A DNA stretch of 64,000 bases, taken from a virus. How positions within the stretch are numbered: the first letter of the stretch is position 1; every line of letters begins with the position of its first letter. The notes under the pieces are model-generated. The model was not told the DNA's origin and did not search any database. It worked only from the letters and a program-made list of their open reading frames with translations. Both the position numbers and the translations under genes were made by a program. Location of the stretch: the IMG/VR virus record IMGVR_UViG_3300043464_002365, positions 9,877-73,876 of that record. One strand, given 5' to 3'. This document shows positions 19,947-31,911 of the stretch, piece after piece.

Positions 19947-20138
19947 TGTTTGAAGAGCGAGAAAACAAGCCCATGGAGAGCCAAACAAGAATCGTGGCAG
20001 GCCAAAAGGGCACAGACGGCCAGATTGCCTGAACCGCCCATGCCCCTAAACAAGCCAGCCCGAAAGTAATTCCAAGAGCTATGCCTACTGCCAGAAGGTA
20101 GATAGCCCAGTCCTTGGAATCTCGGGAGTGCTTCATTG

Positions 20139-20414
20139 TCAGAAGAGATCGTCGCTAGACGAAGACGAGGAGCTAACGGCTTCGCCGTTTTGCCAGAAGG
20201 AAGAATAAGCCTTAGGGCTATTTTCCATCTTATTGACAGTTACTTGCCCCTTGAAATGAGGAGCAGTGTCCTTGTCACGCTTGTCGTTGTTCCACAGTGC
20301 CACGCGGAAGCTGTAGTTTCCTTGTGCATTGGGACCAGCCTTTTTGGCTGCATTCAGAATGTCGGGGGTGAGATCGACAGTGCCGCTGAAAACGGGAGGA
20401 TTGCCAGAGGGCAT
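20139..20414 (-). CDS. putative single-stranded DNA-binding protein
   Basis: Short OB-like fold (VALW...APHFKG) with acidic DDLF tail; in recombination cluster. Confidence 0.6.
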   Translation of the reverse strand: MPSGNPPVFSGTVDLTPDILNAAKKAGPNAQGNYSFRVALWNNDKRDKDTAPHFKGQVTVNKMENSPKAYSSFWQNGEAVSSSSSSSDDLF

Positions 20415-20485
20415 GTAGTGTTCCTCAGAAGGAGAGTGGTCGGCCCTGGAGGGGCTCTAGAAGCATAGCGGGAATGAACTGGGAG

Positions 20486-21250
20486 TCAAGCTCCACGGTC
20501 CATAGAAATCATTAAGGGGCGTCCGCCGGGGTAGTGTTCAAAGAAAAACTGCTGCACCTTCTGCACCATGATGCCTGCCTGCATCGCAAGCTCTCCTGCT
20601 GAGAGGCTCACGATTTGCGCTTCTTGGGAATGGCCAGTATCAGGATCATGAATGGCAATGGCGCAATGCGCTTCATTCACTTCGATGTCATACATCTGTT
20701 CAATGGCTTGCACATAGGCGCCAAGCTGCATGCGATAATCGGCTAGCTGTGTATCAGGCTTTTCTTTGTAGCTCGTCTTCCAATCCAGCAAAGCATATTG
20801 CCCGCTGTTCATTTTGGCGAGCATATCAAAGGTGCCTGAATAGCCAATTTCTTGCGCAGGATCGTACCAGGCAATGGCACTTTCGACGAGCAATGGACTA
20901 TCAACGCGCTCAAGAAAACCAACAATGCTCTCAAAATAAGGCACGTAGTTTTCGTGAGAATCAAGATGCTCTTGAATGTCTTCGCCGTTCCAGAAATCTT
21001 CTAGAACACCGTGAAGCCAATTGCCTCGATCCACAGCATTACGAGTGCGACGATTAGCCTCTTCATTGCCCACCTTTTTGCGCCAGTTCATTAGCGCTGC
21101 AATTTTGCCAGGTGGAGAACACGCGCTCGCAACAGTCGTCACAGAAGGCAAAACAAACCCTTCTGGAACATTTGGAAAATCGTTCAGCAGATAGTAGCGC
21201 TTTTTCTGAATTTGGAGCCGGTTGGGTTCGTAGCGGGGAAATGCTGGCAT
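20486..21250 (-). CDS. exonuclease (PD-(D/E)XK, Cas4/RecB-like)
   Basis: LPSVTTV, RGNWLH, YSGTFD, LLDWKTS, QLGAY. Confidence 0.85.
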   Translation of the reverse strand: MPAFPRYEPNRLQIQKKRYYLLNDFPNVPEGFVLPSVTTVASACSPPGKIAALMNWRKKVGNEEANRRTRNAVDRGNWLHGVLEDFWNGEDIQEHLDSHENYVPYFESIVGFLERVDSPLLVESAIAWYDPAQEIGYSGTFDMLAKMNSGQYALLDWKTSYKEKPDTQLADYRMQLGAYVQAIEQMYDIEVNEAHCAIAIHDPDTGHSQEAQIVSLSAGELAMQAGIMVQKVQQFFFEHYPGGRPLMISMDRGA

Positions 21251-21494
21251 TTGGAGGGAGGTAAGGCATAGATCGTAACAGGCCATGTTTAGTCATGGCT
21301 TGAGATGTGGGAACTCAGTTCGTATTCAAGGCTGAAAGCTTTGTCGCCGACACTTTGAATGTCGGTTTCAAGTTCGCCCAAGAAGTTCAAAAGCCTTTCA
21401 ATGCTCACGCCATTTTCTCCCATTAAGCGCTCAGCCATAATACGCCCAAGAGGTGACAGCAATGTGGAGCTGAGCACTGTTTCTTTGTTGGTTT

Positions 21495-22053
21495 TCATTT
21501 TTCGTTCATGTCCCAGAAATAGTCGCAGCCCTCTTCGTCGCATGGAGGCGCAGCGAAATAGCTCTGCCAACGATCTGCAGGCGCCATGTAACGCCAACAA
21601 TTTTCTTTAACAGGGCATTCGTCCCCCGAGCACATTGCAATGTCAGGCATGAGAATAGTCCGAGCAGTTTGACGAAGAAATTGCTTGTCAACAAGAGGAT
21701 GGTTAGCAATGGCTTCAAGAACAGCAGCAATGCGACGATCACTGCTAAGCGTGTCTTCAGGAAAGCTCCAGAATGCTTCATGACAAGCATCAATCAGAGA
21801 GCGATGATTGCGCACGCTTTTCTTCCATTGTTTCGTATTCTTCAACCATGGTCGCCATCGCAGACATTATTGAAGTTTCAAAGAAACCGCAGGCCAAAAC
21901 AAACTGCTTGAAATGCTCGACGATTTCAGGGCAATAGATGTTATGGAACGAATAGGAAACTTTTGTTTCCCCTTCTTCGTGAAGAAAAGTGAAACGGCTC
22001 ATGGGACTATCAAGGAAAGGATTGCCAGAATTGACAGGGCAAGGATTAGGCAT
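21495..22053 (-). CDS. two small hypothetical proteins (21495-21845, with a Cys-rich PDIAMC...CP...C.RY tail; 21790-22053)
   Basis: Overlapping co-oriented ORFs. Confidence 0.5.
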
Positions 22054-22190
22054 GTGAAGGTAACGAGAAGGAACAAACCGAGGGGGTCATTCGCCAAATA
22101 GCTTGGCAGGAAGCTCAGTAACGGGAAGGAGATCATCATCAAGACAAATGGTTCCAGCAAAGGCCCGTGCTAGGCGGGCCGCTGCCAGAT

Positions 22191-23129
22191 CTACTGCTTT
22201 TTTGCCACGAAAGCTTTCATGCCTTCAACAATGGCAGCAGTGTCCTCAAGCCCACGAACAAGGGAAATTTCCTCTGTCATTTCAGCCTTGCTGATGACAA
22301 CTTCCTGCTCCTTTGCCCATAGTGTCATCATTGCTGCGACGACGTTTCCGAAGGCTTGCCAGCTTTTGATTTCTGTGGCGCGAGCAAGTCCAATACTTTC
22401 AAGAGCAGCTTTGCCTGCAGCCATAGAAGCTTTCTCGTCGGCATAGTTCAAAGGATTGGCTTTGCACACTGCCGTAAGAGCTGCCTTTGCATCGAAGGGT
22501 TCAGCGGACCCTGTATCAGCGGCGGCAACAGGCCCCTCGCCTCCAGCAGCAGCAGCGCTTTCCTTAGGGGCAGTCTTCGTGCGTGCAGGCGTCTTGAGCG
22601 TGTCCTGCTGCAGCTTTGGCGCTTCTTCCTTGGGGATGTCCTCTCCGGCATAGAGCCGAAGACCAAGGCCCGTGAACGTAGCAATGGCTTTGACACTGGC
22701 ACGTTGGATGTTGTCGCTGATTGCACGACCATCGAGCTGCTGAATGGAATTATGCTTCCTGTCCATTACGGGGAAGACAAGTGCAGGAGTGCGACGCACG
22801 CCGTCCGTGAGATAGGGGCGAAGGATGAATGCACCAGGCTCGCCAAAGACGGGCCATCCAATAGTTTTCTCCTCAAATGCTACGAACAGCGTTGGGAAAT
22901 GCTCCTTCAGATAGCGAAAGGCAAAAGGCCAAGACAGATAGGAAAGACCTTTGTAGTCCTTCTCGATGTGAGGGCCAATATCGGGGGTGTCATAAGCAGC
23001 ACGAAAAGCTTCTGCAGTAATTTCCAGCGGCGTGAAAATACCAAGAGCGCGTTCTGTCATTGCTTGTTTTGCGGAGTCTTCCATGCTGGAAAAGTCGGAA
23101 GGGGAATAAGTGAGAAAGGTGTGGTTCAT
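22191..23129 (-). CDS. single-strand annealing protein, Sak3/DUF1071-like
   Basis: LSYLSWPFA, PVMDRKHNSI, IQRASVKAIA..GLGLRLYAGED. Confidence 0.85.
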   Translation of the reverse strand: MNHTFLTYSPSDFSSMEDSAKQAMTERALGIFTPLEITAEAFRAAYDTPDIGPHIEKDYKGLSYLSWPFAFRYLKEHFPTLFVAFEEKTIGWPVFGEPGAFILRPYLTDGVRRTPALVFPVMDRKHNSIQQLDGRAISDNIQRASVKAIATFTGLGLRLYAGEDIPKEEAPKLQQDTLKTPARTKTAPKESAAAAGGEGPVAAADTGSAEPFDAKAALTAVCKANPLNYADEKASMAAGKAALESIGLARATEIKSWQAFGNVVAAMMTLWAKEQEVVISKAEMTEEISLVRGLEDTAAIVEGMKAFVAKKQ

Positions 23130-23831
23130 TCTTCAAGAAAAGCGAAATGCCAATCAATAAGATACTCTTCGCTTTCTTCATCAAACGAAAGATTCAGGCC
23201 AACCACGGCCACGCCAGTATCAGAGAGAAAGCAATCAAGGCAATGAAGCACATCATGGTCCATTTGCTTCATGCGAGCATGAAGCTCAGACATGGTGAGA
23301 TTAGGCGTTTCCATCATCCCAAATGCGCCACTGCTTTATAGCCGAAGCCAGAATGATTGTATTCGCCATACATAATGACAAACATTTTGCTTGGGCTCTC
23401 GTTTTTGGTGATGAGGCTATCACCAGGCAGAGGCCAATCGTTAATCACTCTCACGTCAGTGGGATCTTCCAAGTACTCAGGATCGTAATTCTCAGAAATC
23501 ACTCCCTCTTCCCAAAGGAGCTTCACTTCCGTGTCGGCATGCTCAAGAAGAAACTCTTCGCAAGCAAGCTTAAGCTGGGAAACTTTCATGGTCAGTCGTT
23601 ATAGAAGATGATGCCAAAGAAGCTGTCGGGAGAAGGTTGTTGAACATCTTCTTCATCCATTGGAATACCAGGAAGCTCGTCGGAATCTCCGTTCAAAATG
23701 CGAAACTTAATCGAATGAGCGTCGCTTTCTTTCTCTACGTCAAATGCGTAGCTATGGGAATAAGCGCTGATGTTAATGTCGCCATATTTCTCAATTGCTT
23801 TTTGCAATTGCTCAATCAACTTTGTAGCCTT
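23126..23831 (-). CDS. three small acidic hypothetical proteins (23126-23317, 23314-23589, 23592-c.23831)
   Basis: Tightly packed co-oriented ORFs; the last two share an MK.(S/T).L N-terminus. Confidence 0.5.
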
Positions 23832-24057
23832 CATAGTCCTCGATTTCGGAAACGATGGAATGGTCTTCAACTAAAGAGAAAGCACCGTCACAAAGAACTG
23901 TGTTTCCTTCCCATGGAGAAGTGGTGCGAATGAGACGCTCCACTGTCTCACTAAGGCTCAATCGTGCTTCATGGGCAATGTCCTTGAGATGAGTGTAGGC
24001 GGTGTCAGTGATGGTGAAGTGGCGGCTTTTCTTGGGCTCGCCGTGGTCAACGGTCAT
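23812..24057 (-). CDS. ribbon-helix-helix DNA-binding protein
   Basis: KKSRHFTITDTAYTHLKDIA...SLSETVERLIR. Confidence 0.65.
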   Translation of the reverse strand: MTVDHGEPKKSRHFTITDTAYTHLKDIAHEARLSLSETVERLIRTTSPWEGNTVLCDGAFSLVEDHSIVSEIEDYEGYKVD

Positions 24058-24265
24058 AGAACAAAGGGCCGAGAAGGTAGCCGATGCTGAAGCCAATAAT
24101 GGCGGGCAGCCAAAGCTCCATGGTTTTGTCTTGCGAGGGACATGGCCAATATAGCCGTTATGGCCAGCCCGTCAAGGCTCAGCAACAGAAGCGCTCGTTA
24201 AGAATTGTGAACGCCTTGCAGCAGCAAGATTCTGGTGCTAGAACGGCCCCATCTCACATCTCTCC

Positions 24266-26314
24266 ATGGCCTTCTCCATCCTTGACCACCTTGAGCAACT
24301 GGAGCCAAGTAACGAGCCAGGGAAATACCACTGCCCTGCATGCGGTGGCAACGATTTCACAATCAATAAAAACACTGAGGCGTACAACTGCTGGCATGAC
24401 ACCAGCCCTGCTCACCGCGCTGAAATCCGCGATGCACTAGCTCCTCTCACCAGATGGGAGAAGCCGTCTCGTGAAGCCGGCAACTATTCGTTTGTCTACA
24501 AAAATAACCATGGAAAGGAAGTGGTTATTGTTCATCGTGATGACACTTCAGGCTCCAAAAAGATTTGGCAAGACTTTCCCACTATTGACAAAAATGAGAA
24601 GGGCCATAAAACCCAGCTCAAGGAAATCAAGGCAAATGTTCTTCCCTATCGTTATGACGATGCAATAGCAAAGAGCGAAGAAACAGGTCTGCCCATTTTT
24701 ATTGTCGAAGGCGAACTCACTTGCGAAGCAGTGTGGATGCTCGACATTCCCTGCATCACGTTTCTTGGAGGCAGTAAACAATATCGCACTAATGGTGACT
24801 ATTCAAGCCTATTCCGCAACAGGAAGCTTGTACTTTGTCCTGATCGTGACGAGCAGGGCGTTGGCTTCATGGCAGAAATTGCCAATGATAATCCTGGGGC
24901 AAGTTGGCTTTATGCAGATCCTCGTTCATGGGAATGGGACAATCTCCCTTCAGGGAATGGCTACGACTTAGGCGACTACATTGAAGAAGGCGTCACCAAA
25001 GACGATCTCCTTTCCTCCATTGTTTCCAAAAGCAGGCACCAAGGGCAAGACGGCAAACCTGCCTATGAGGAGATCATTGCCACCATCGAAAACTTTGTTG
25101 GCCTCTACGCCAATGACTCTCGCATTGCTTATGAAACCAGCAATTGGCTAGAGCAACGTGGCGTAAAGATGAGCCAGCAAAATGTTGACAAGATCATTGC
25201 TGAAGCCAAAGACCGCATCTATGGCAGGGAAGAGCTTGAAAGTATTGACGCTCTTTCCATTGCCAATGCTGACAAAGCCCGTGAATGGCTCATTGCTGGC
25301 ATTATCCCTTTGGGCAGCGTCACGCTACTTGCTGCAGGCGGTGGCACTGGTAAATCAACTGTGGCTTACAACTGGGCTCTTCATATTGGTCTTGGCACGA
25401 AATGGAGCGGACGCCGTTGCATGAAAGGTAAAACTTTGGTTTGTCAAAGTGACGAGCCTCTCATCGACACCAGCGAAAAGCTTTCCGTGATTGGCTATCA
25501 AGACACTCCGCTGGCGCCTGGCACCATTGAATTCTGGGAAACTTGGCGCTTTGCCCATATGAAACAGCTTGAAGACTACGTGAGAAAGGAGCGTCCGCTG
25601 TTCGTAGTGATTGATAGCCTCACTGCTTGCCTTGCTGGCATGGACGTGGATATGGTGAAGAGCAATGCAGGCGATGTTATCTACGGCTTGCGCGATCTCG
25701 CCAATACCTATCGCTGTTCGATTCTCATCCTCCACCATCTCAACAAGAACGGAGGCCTCCGCGACTCAACTAGCTTCGTCGACAACGTGAGTGAAGTGGT
25801 GAAGCTCACTCGTTCTGAAAGCTTCGATCCGAATGAATTTATGCTCGAATGGATGAAGAGCCGGAGTGGTCTCACGGGCAAGCACGTGCTGAAACGTGAC
25901 AATCTCACCTATGGCTGGCATTACGCTGGGCCGCTGGGTGGTTCTCTGGAAGAGCTTGATCGAGTGGTGAACGTAGTGGAGATGCGCAAGACGGAGCGCT
26001 TCACTAAGCAACAAGTGGCTGGGCTATCAGGAAGCTTTGAAACTGGCCCTACTGGCAAGATGCTGGAAGTGGCCAGGAGGCAAGGCTTGATTAGCAGCAG
26101 CTTTGTTGTTGGTCCCAATGGAGAGCGCGAGCGTCTCTACCATTCTTGGGACTACGTTGAGCCTGAGCTTGATTTTCAGGAAGTTTCAAAAGAAGCTGAA
26201 AAGGAGCCTGATAATGAAATTCCCGCTCAGGAACAAGCTCCGCAAGAAGAACCTGCTCCCATGTTGACAAATGAAAATCTTCCCGTAAGGGAAGAGGATC
26301 ACGATTTCTTCTGA
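24266..26314 (+). CDS. primase-helicase (Zn finger + TOPRIM + RepA/AAA_25-type helicase)
   Basis: CPACG..CWH; IVEGE, PDRDEQG; Walker A AGGGTGKS; VVIDSL; LHHLNK. Confidence 0.9.
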   Translation: MAFSILDHLEQLEPSNEPGKYHCPACGGNDFTINKNTEAYNCWHDTSPAHRAEIRDALAPLTRWEKPSREAGNYSFVYKNNHGKEVVIVHRDDTSGSKKIWQDFPTIDKNEKGHKTQLKEIKANVLPYRYDDAIAKSEETGLPIFIVEGELTCEAVWMLDIPCITFLGGSKQYRTNGDYSSLFRNRKLVLCPDRDEQGVGFMAEIANDNPGASWLYADPRSWEWDNLPSGNGYDLGDYIEEGVTKDDLLSSIVSKSRHQGQDGKPAYEEIIATIENFVGLYANDSRIAYETSNWLEQRGVKMSQQNVDKIIAEAKDRIYGREELESIDALSIANADKAREWLIAGIIPLGSVTLLAAGGGTGKSTVAYNWALHIGLGTKWSGRRCMKGKTLVCQSDEPLIDTSEKLSVIGYQDTPLAPGTIEFWETWRFAHMKQLEDYVRKERPLFVVIDSLTACLAGMDVDMVKSNAGDVIYGLRDLANTYRCSILILHHLNKNGGLRDSTSFVDNVSEVVKLTRSESFDPNEFMLEWMKSRSGLTGKHVLKRDNLTYGWHYAGPLGGSLEELDRVVNVVEMRKTERFTKQQVAGLSGSFETGPTGKMLEVARRQGLISSSFVVGPNGERERLYHSWDYVEPELDFQEVSKEAEKEPDNEIPAQEQAPQEEPAPMLTNENLPVREEDHDFF

Positions 26315-26881
26315 CGCTTCGCAATAGGAGGGAGGCTCTAACATAGCCTCCCTGCTGCCTACCGTAGCGGGCAGCTTTCTTCAGTATAGACCAAGAAGAA
26401 AGGGGCCATCAGGCCCCTTTGCTTTACCTAATTGCGCTTGCCTTTGAAGCTTTGAGCGTCTATCAGTTTTTGGAATTCTTCTTCCTCTTTGCCTTTGCCA
26501 TACAGCCAAGCCTTAGTGCTCTGACCAGGCTTCGGACCATTTCGCGGTAGCTTGACGATTTTGTAATCCTTGAATTCTTCGTTCATAGTTCAGTTGGCGA
26601 CAGAGTGGACAATGGAGCTGAGGGATGAGGCGAGGATCGCTGTACTTGTGCCTGATTAGCCATTCGGTGATGGCTTCCTTGTCCATGGGGAAATCGGATG
26701 AGGCAATGCCATCATGCCGCCGACCAGATCCGTCTCTGCTTTGTCTTGTGCCAGGAGAAGAAGCTGCACACAACCTCTTGATTTTGCCTCAAACTCCCTT
26801 TACCCTCACCACAGGTCTAGCCAAGTGTCGCAAGCCCATCAGCGATGGCTCCTTAGCGCATAGGCATGGCCAGCCAGGGCT

Positions 26882-27007
26882 AGCGTAGCCCCCAAGGGCG
26901 GAGCGTTCATTCATAAGGCCAAGATCAACTATCAACAACGATCAAAGCCAAACGATGCCTAAAACCTCCGCAATGCCGCTCTAGCCAGAGTGGAGCCCCC
27001 AAGGGCG
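26882..27007 (+). repeat. two copies of the AGCCCCCAAGGGCG element (left arm of an inverted pair)
   Basis: 26882-26906 and 26993-27007 are reverse complements of 42605-42629 and 42546-42560. Confidence 0.9.
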
Positions 27008-27085
27008 TAACGTTCAGACAAAAGGCATAGGAAACCTTCAACTGAACAAAATACGCTTAACATTGCAAAGGAAACTTCCAGCGCA

Positions 27086-27530
27086 ATGCTTCTCCCGCCT
27101 AAGCCCGTAGATAAACTCCCTCTGCTGGAGCACAATGGAGCAGAAATCCTGCCTATTGTTCATCACGGTTTTTCAAAGCCTGCTAAAGGCCAACAACCAG
27201 CATCACGAACGCTCTATGGAGCCCGTGATAATAATGGAGAGCGCCATTGGCGCTCTAGCTTGCACGAAATCCAGCAATTGATTGATAGTGGTTTCGCAGT
27301 GCAGGAGCAGGCAAATGCGTGAATTCTGCACCAACCCCAAGGATTGCATGGCTCTCGCTTACGAGCGTGAGGCTGAACATGAAATGGACGCTCGCGGACT
27401 AGATGCTGCCTATGCAGAAATCGTCGATAGCTTCCACAAAGAAATGGAAGAATTCGTCCGAAAGTACTGTCCTAAAAAGCTGAACGATTTTGATGATTTG
27501 TTAGAAAAAGCCTTCTGGCAGTATCATTGA
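27086..27530 (+). CDS. two small hypothetical proteins (27086-27322; c.27315-27530)
   Basis: Overlapping ORFs followed by a hairpin terminator at about 27543-27565. Confidence 0.5.
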
Positions 27531-27749
27531 TCGAGGAGAAACGGGGCGCTTGGTGCGCCCCTTTGCTTAGCTATGGAAACTATCGCGCCATTGTCCGAGG
27601 CTGAATGGGAGGAGCTTTGCATGCTCAAGAAAGCAATTGATGATGGTCCGGCCACTGTCGTGGCCTCTCGCATGGAGCGTTTCACTGAATTGTTTGTTCG
27701 TACTCTCCATGGAAAAGGAGATACAATGCGAGGAGCAAAACAATAAACA

Positions 27750-28505
27750 ATGCCTCGTCCAGAAATTGAATTTGCCACGCCCGAAGAGGAAGAAGCTTAT
27801 GCAAGAAAAGCTTTAACAAAAGCAGGCGTACCAATTACGCAGTATGAAGCCATTCGTGAGCATAAATCAAGGGGCGGCACACATGGCGCTGGCATTTATA
27901 CCAAGGAAATGCTTGGCGTAAGGCGATGGATGGTGCAAGAATTATTGGCAGCAAAGATGAGCAATCGTCAGATTGCAAATGTTTTGCAGCTAAGCAAAGA
28001 AACAGTCAATGGAGACAGGCATTTCAATAGGGATCTTTACACGCAGGAAATTCTGAAGAATCAAGACACGCACAGGGCGCGTCTCCTCAAGGAGCAGATG
28101 GACCTCAAGGAGCTTGCATTGGCAAGCTTTGAAACTAGTAAGCGCAAGAAGACAGTCACCATCATGGACGGCGGTGACGATGGCAGTAAGGAAATGGTGA
28201 AGATAGAAGAAAGCGCTGGCGATGCGTCCTTTCTCAACGTGGCCAAGAATTCTTTGGTGGAGCAAGCAAAGCTCCTGGGGCTGAACGAAATCAAGCCTGT
28301 AGAAAACCAAGACACCTCCTATCGAACGTTCCTGAAAGACCTTTCCTCCACCATTGAAAAGGAGAAGGAAGCGAAGGCTACGGAAGAACGACGTGGCAAT
28401 TCTCTCCTTGCGTCTGCTGAGACCATCAGCTTTGATGCCGAACCAGAAAGCGAGCCCCTTCCTGAAGCCATGCCTTTACAAACAATTAATGAAGATGATT
28501 ATTGA
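27750..28505 (+). CDS. putative terminase small subunit (HTH)
   Basis: RRWMVQELL...SNRQIANVLQLSKETV.GD HTH and EQAKLLGL motif typical of TerS. Confidence 0.6.
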   Translation: MPRPEIEFATPEEEEAYARKALTKAGVPITQYEAIREHKSRGGTHGAGIYTKEMLGVRRWMVQELLAAKMSNRQIANVLQLSKETVNGDRHFNRDLYTQEILKNQDTHRARLLKEQMDLKELALASFETSKRKKTVTIMDGGDDGSKEMVKIEESAGDASFLNVAKNSLVEQAKLLGLNEIKPVENQDTSYRTFLKDLSSTIEKEKEAKATEERRGNSLLASAETISFDAEPESEPLPEAMPLQTINEDDY

Positions 28506-28529
28506 CAATGGCGCCTTGAGGCGCCATTA

Positions 28530-31329
28530 TTGACGAAACGCTTCCTTGCATTGGATCAATTCGCCTCCGTTGACGATTTCCTGCGCCAAGCAGTGGCAGC
28601 CAAAGACGGCAAACGTGAAGCCATCAGCAAAAGCATCTCCCCTGGCCTGCAGGATCATGGCACCGTAGGCATTCCGCCAAAACTGGCCTCCTCCATAGAA
28701 GCCATGCTCCAGAAGCACGGCGATGAAACCTACAGGCAAATTGCCCTGTTCTGCCTGGGCAAGTGGTTTGAGCTGCACATTGGCATGTTCGAGGAGCTGA
28801 TTGGCGAGGAGCCCAGCATGGCCTGCTCATGTTTGATGGACGCCACACGCATTGCAGACGCTCTCCATCTCCTTTCGGAAATCAATAGCATTGGAGGCGA
28901 CGGCGGATGGAAGCCCATGCTTGAAGAAACGCTCAGTCAGCACATTCTTGAAGAGCTTGAGGAGGAATGTTGGTAATGGCATCTTCTTGTCGCACCTATT
29001 TAATCACTACTTACGAAGGAAAGAAAATCGCCCTTGGGGCGATTTCTGCAAAACAAGCTGAACACTTCATGCTTGCAATGCGCCCTGACGTAAAGATTGC
29101 AATGATCGAGGAGATTCCTCCGCTTCCTGAAGATCCCAAATTATGACTTTCTCTTTCCATTGCACTGATGCCACTGGCCATCTTCGACTAGGACAGTTTT
29201 GTTTTCAATGGAGGAATAGTTTTCTCCTTGGCACAATGTATGACGGCTTTGGTGAAAGCAAAATCACCATTGGTTCACGCTCCTTTAATTTCGGACAGTT
29301 TCGTTTCGCCTAACCATGGACATCCAGCTCTCATTTGTTGAAGAGCATTCACTGCCTCGCATGGTACACATTTGCATTCCGCCTCAACTTCAAGAAGACG
29401 TGAGGGCCTTGGCAATGGAAGAGCCTCCCATTCATCCAGCATGGCGTAAGGCTCAAGCCAAGGGCAGGCATTTTGTCATTGCCACGAACGAGCTGGATGA
29501 CATTACGGAGCTAGCCGACTTTGCCCGCACCAACATTGAGGAGCCAGAAGAGCCTCTGAGCAAGCCAAAGCGCCAGGCCTATCAAATCCTCTTGGACCGC
29601 GCCTTCAGGCATGCTGAGCTAGAGCCTATGGGCGCTTGCCATGCCATTGCCACGAAATGGAGGGAGCAGCCTTTGCCATGCCAGAAGAATCTCAGTATTG
29701 CCACGCAGGCATTGCGACACCCAATCAGGCCTTTGTAACGATTTGTTAACGGCCCCCTTGATGGGGGCCTTTTTGCTGACATACTTTGCTCATGCGACGG
29801 CGAACGTCGCTAGTCCTCCGCTTTTCCATCGTGACCACCACGTTCAGCCACACCCTTCCCGATCAGCCCATCTGCGCCTATAAGGATGGAGAATTGGCGA
29901 TGTTCTTCGGCCAGCCAATGGTGACGCGCAGTTTCTCCATGGGAGACCTGCAAGAGTTTATTTGCACTATTGAAAAGGCTATTGATGAAGAGCCTAATTT
30001 TGTGCAACAAATGGCTCTTGAGCGCATTCGTTCTGCGTTCATTGTGAGCCTTGACATGCTCAAGGAGAATCATGAAGAGCTTCAGAAAGAGGCTCCACTC
30101 GGTGCCGACTTCGAGGAATACCTGATGAACTACAACAACGCTGTCAAAGGAGGCCAACTGTGAGCACGCCCAAAGACACACTTACGGACGCTATTTTTGA
30201 ATACTTTGATAATGACAATGGCGATCAGCTCGTTAAAGATCTCGCGGAATTGTTGGCGAAAGATAGGGATCATCATCTTAGGAAATTTCGCGCTCTCTCT
30301 CATGCCTACGAGCAACTCTTTGGCCAATCATTCTGAGCTTGATTATGACCACGACAAGCGAAGCGTGATGCAACTCACTACTGCGAAGCTTGAGCGCAGG
30401 CTTCAATACTGGCGAGAGAAAGAGCAGGAGGAAATCCTTAAGCGCTATCGCCTCATCACTTCCATCTAGCCAAATTGCCAATTTCTACACACTACGAGAT
30501 TCAACAATGACTCAAGAACACCCGATCAATCCACCGCCTGAGTTGGTGCGTGAGTGGGCGACTACTAACGGAACTAGCTACGAAGATCTTTCTGCTTTGT
30601 GTCAAAACATCGCCACCCAAGCCGTCCAATGGGGCGCAGATCAGGAGCTGGAGGCGTGTTGTGAGTGGCTGCGCAGCAAGGACATTCTGGAACCTGCCAT
30701 TGACGCCCTTCGCGCCGACCGCCGCCCCAAGCCGCCGAGCTTGAAGGAGCTGGCGCTTGCTCTTGTTGAGCAGCACGAAGACGGTTGGCGGCCGTCACCC
30801 AAGGATTGGGACACCATCCGCCGCGCACTGGAGGCGCTGCCCGATGGCTAAACCTCTCTCCCCCACCGCTCGCGCAGTCCTAGATGCCGCCTACCGGCGC
30901 ATGGACGACAATCCGCACAACGAGGTAGAGGCAACGCTTGCCGCCGCCCTGCGAGCTGCTGTTGAGCAGGTGATGCCGGAAGTCGTAAACGCTGTTGGAG
31001 ATGAGCACGATGACGCTCGCCGTGACCAGTGGTTTCGCATCCGGTGCAAATTCCTTGCCATCGCTGATGAGCTTGAAGCCCAGTAGTCAGACCCACTAAT
31101 GAACCCACAAGAAGCAGGCTTTGACGGCGCCGAGGGCATCCGCCTAAACCACCCAGCTCTACCCAATGGAGGCATTTATAGGCTTCGACGAAACATCAAT
31201 CCGCCTTGGGAATATGACAAGGATTGCCGCAATCAACTTGTATGGCAAGAATCAGAACCGCCTCATCTCTTTTATTGCAACAGCGATGGCGAGTGGTTTG
31301 AACTGTCATTTATACCAATCCAGCGTTAG
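28530..31329 (+). CDS. cluster of small hypothetical early/middle genes (28530-28976, 29316-29738, c.29831-30163, c.30507-30851, 30844-31086, 31099-31329)
   Basis: Co-oriented ORFs; PPPELVREW..WGADQELEACCEWL and LSP.ARAVLDA patterns familiar from cyanophages. Confidence 0.55.
29732..29785 (+). promoter_or_regulatory. HLR1-like direct repeat + hairpin + -10 promoter
   Basis: TTTGTAAC-GA-TTTGTTAA, 30 nt, CATACT preceded by TGn. Confidence 0.65.
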
Positions 31330-31593
31330 TCAGGCTCACTGAGAGTTTTGCTAATTATCAGGATTTCCAATAAACGCCATTTATCAAGAATCCTGCTAAA
31401 GCCCCTCAAGGGGCTTTTTCTTTGTCCACGTAGTATCACCAGGCAATGGTTCAGTGGCATATTCAAACGTATCGTAATCTGGTTCATTACGAGGGTCATA
31501 AACCTCCCCGCTTGCCATCCATCGCTTAAGCCTTTCTCTTTCCTGCTCCGCAGAAAGTTTCATAACAATCTCCTAGCCCTTTAAGCATAGGCA

Positions 31594-31798
31594 AAAGAAA
31601 AGGGGCCTTACAGCCCCTTCCCTTTACATCCTCCGATGCCTCTGTCCCTAAAGATACAAGGGAGATGATGCGCCTCGCAGGAGACCATGCAAAAACTCCT
31701 TGGCTAAACCATACGGTTTCGCCCGCATCATCAGAGGCGTCCACCCTCGCGGCCCGCCCGAAGACGAGAGCAGCAATTAAGCCGCCAGGACCGAATGC
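31594..31798 (-). ncRNA. candidate ~200 nt structured non-coding RNA
   Basis: TGnTATGAT -10 at 31805-31810, nested helices, UUCG/GCGA loops, terminator at 31594-31618. Confidence 0.6.
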
Positions 31799-31911
31799 TC
31801 AAAAATCATAACATGCTTTGTCCGCTCGGCAGTAACGGCTGATTCCATGGCACAATGGGCATTGCCTTGTCGGAGACGACATGGCCCTCGCTAGTTCTTT
31901 CGTACTAATTG

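Noticed and set aside
22356-23246. 296-aa plus-strand ORF (and similar long antisense ORFs such as 17726-18412)
   Set aside because: These are antisense shadows of well-supported minus-strand genes.
31715-31740. Hammerhead ribozyme (CTGATGA...GAAAC on the minus strand)
   Set aside because: Only 7 nt that cannot form stem II separate the core motifs, and ATGATGCG pairs elsewhere.
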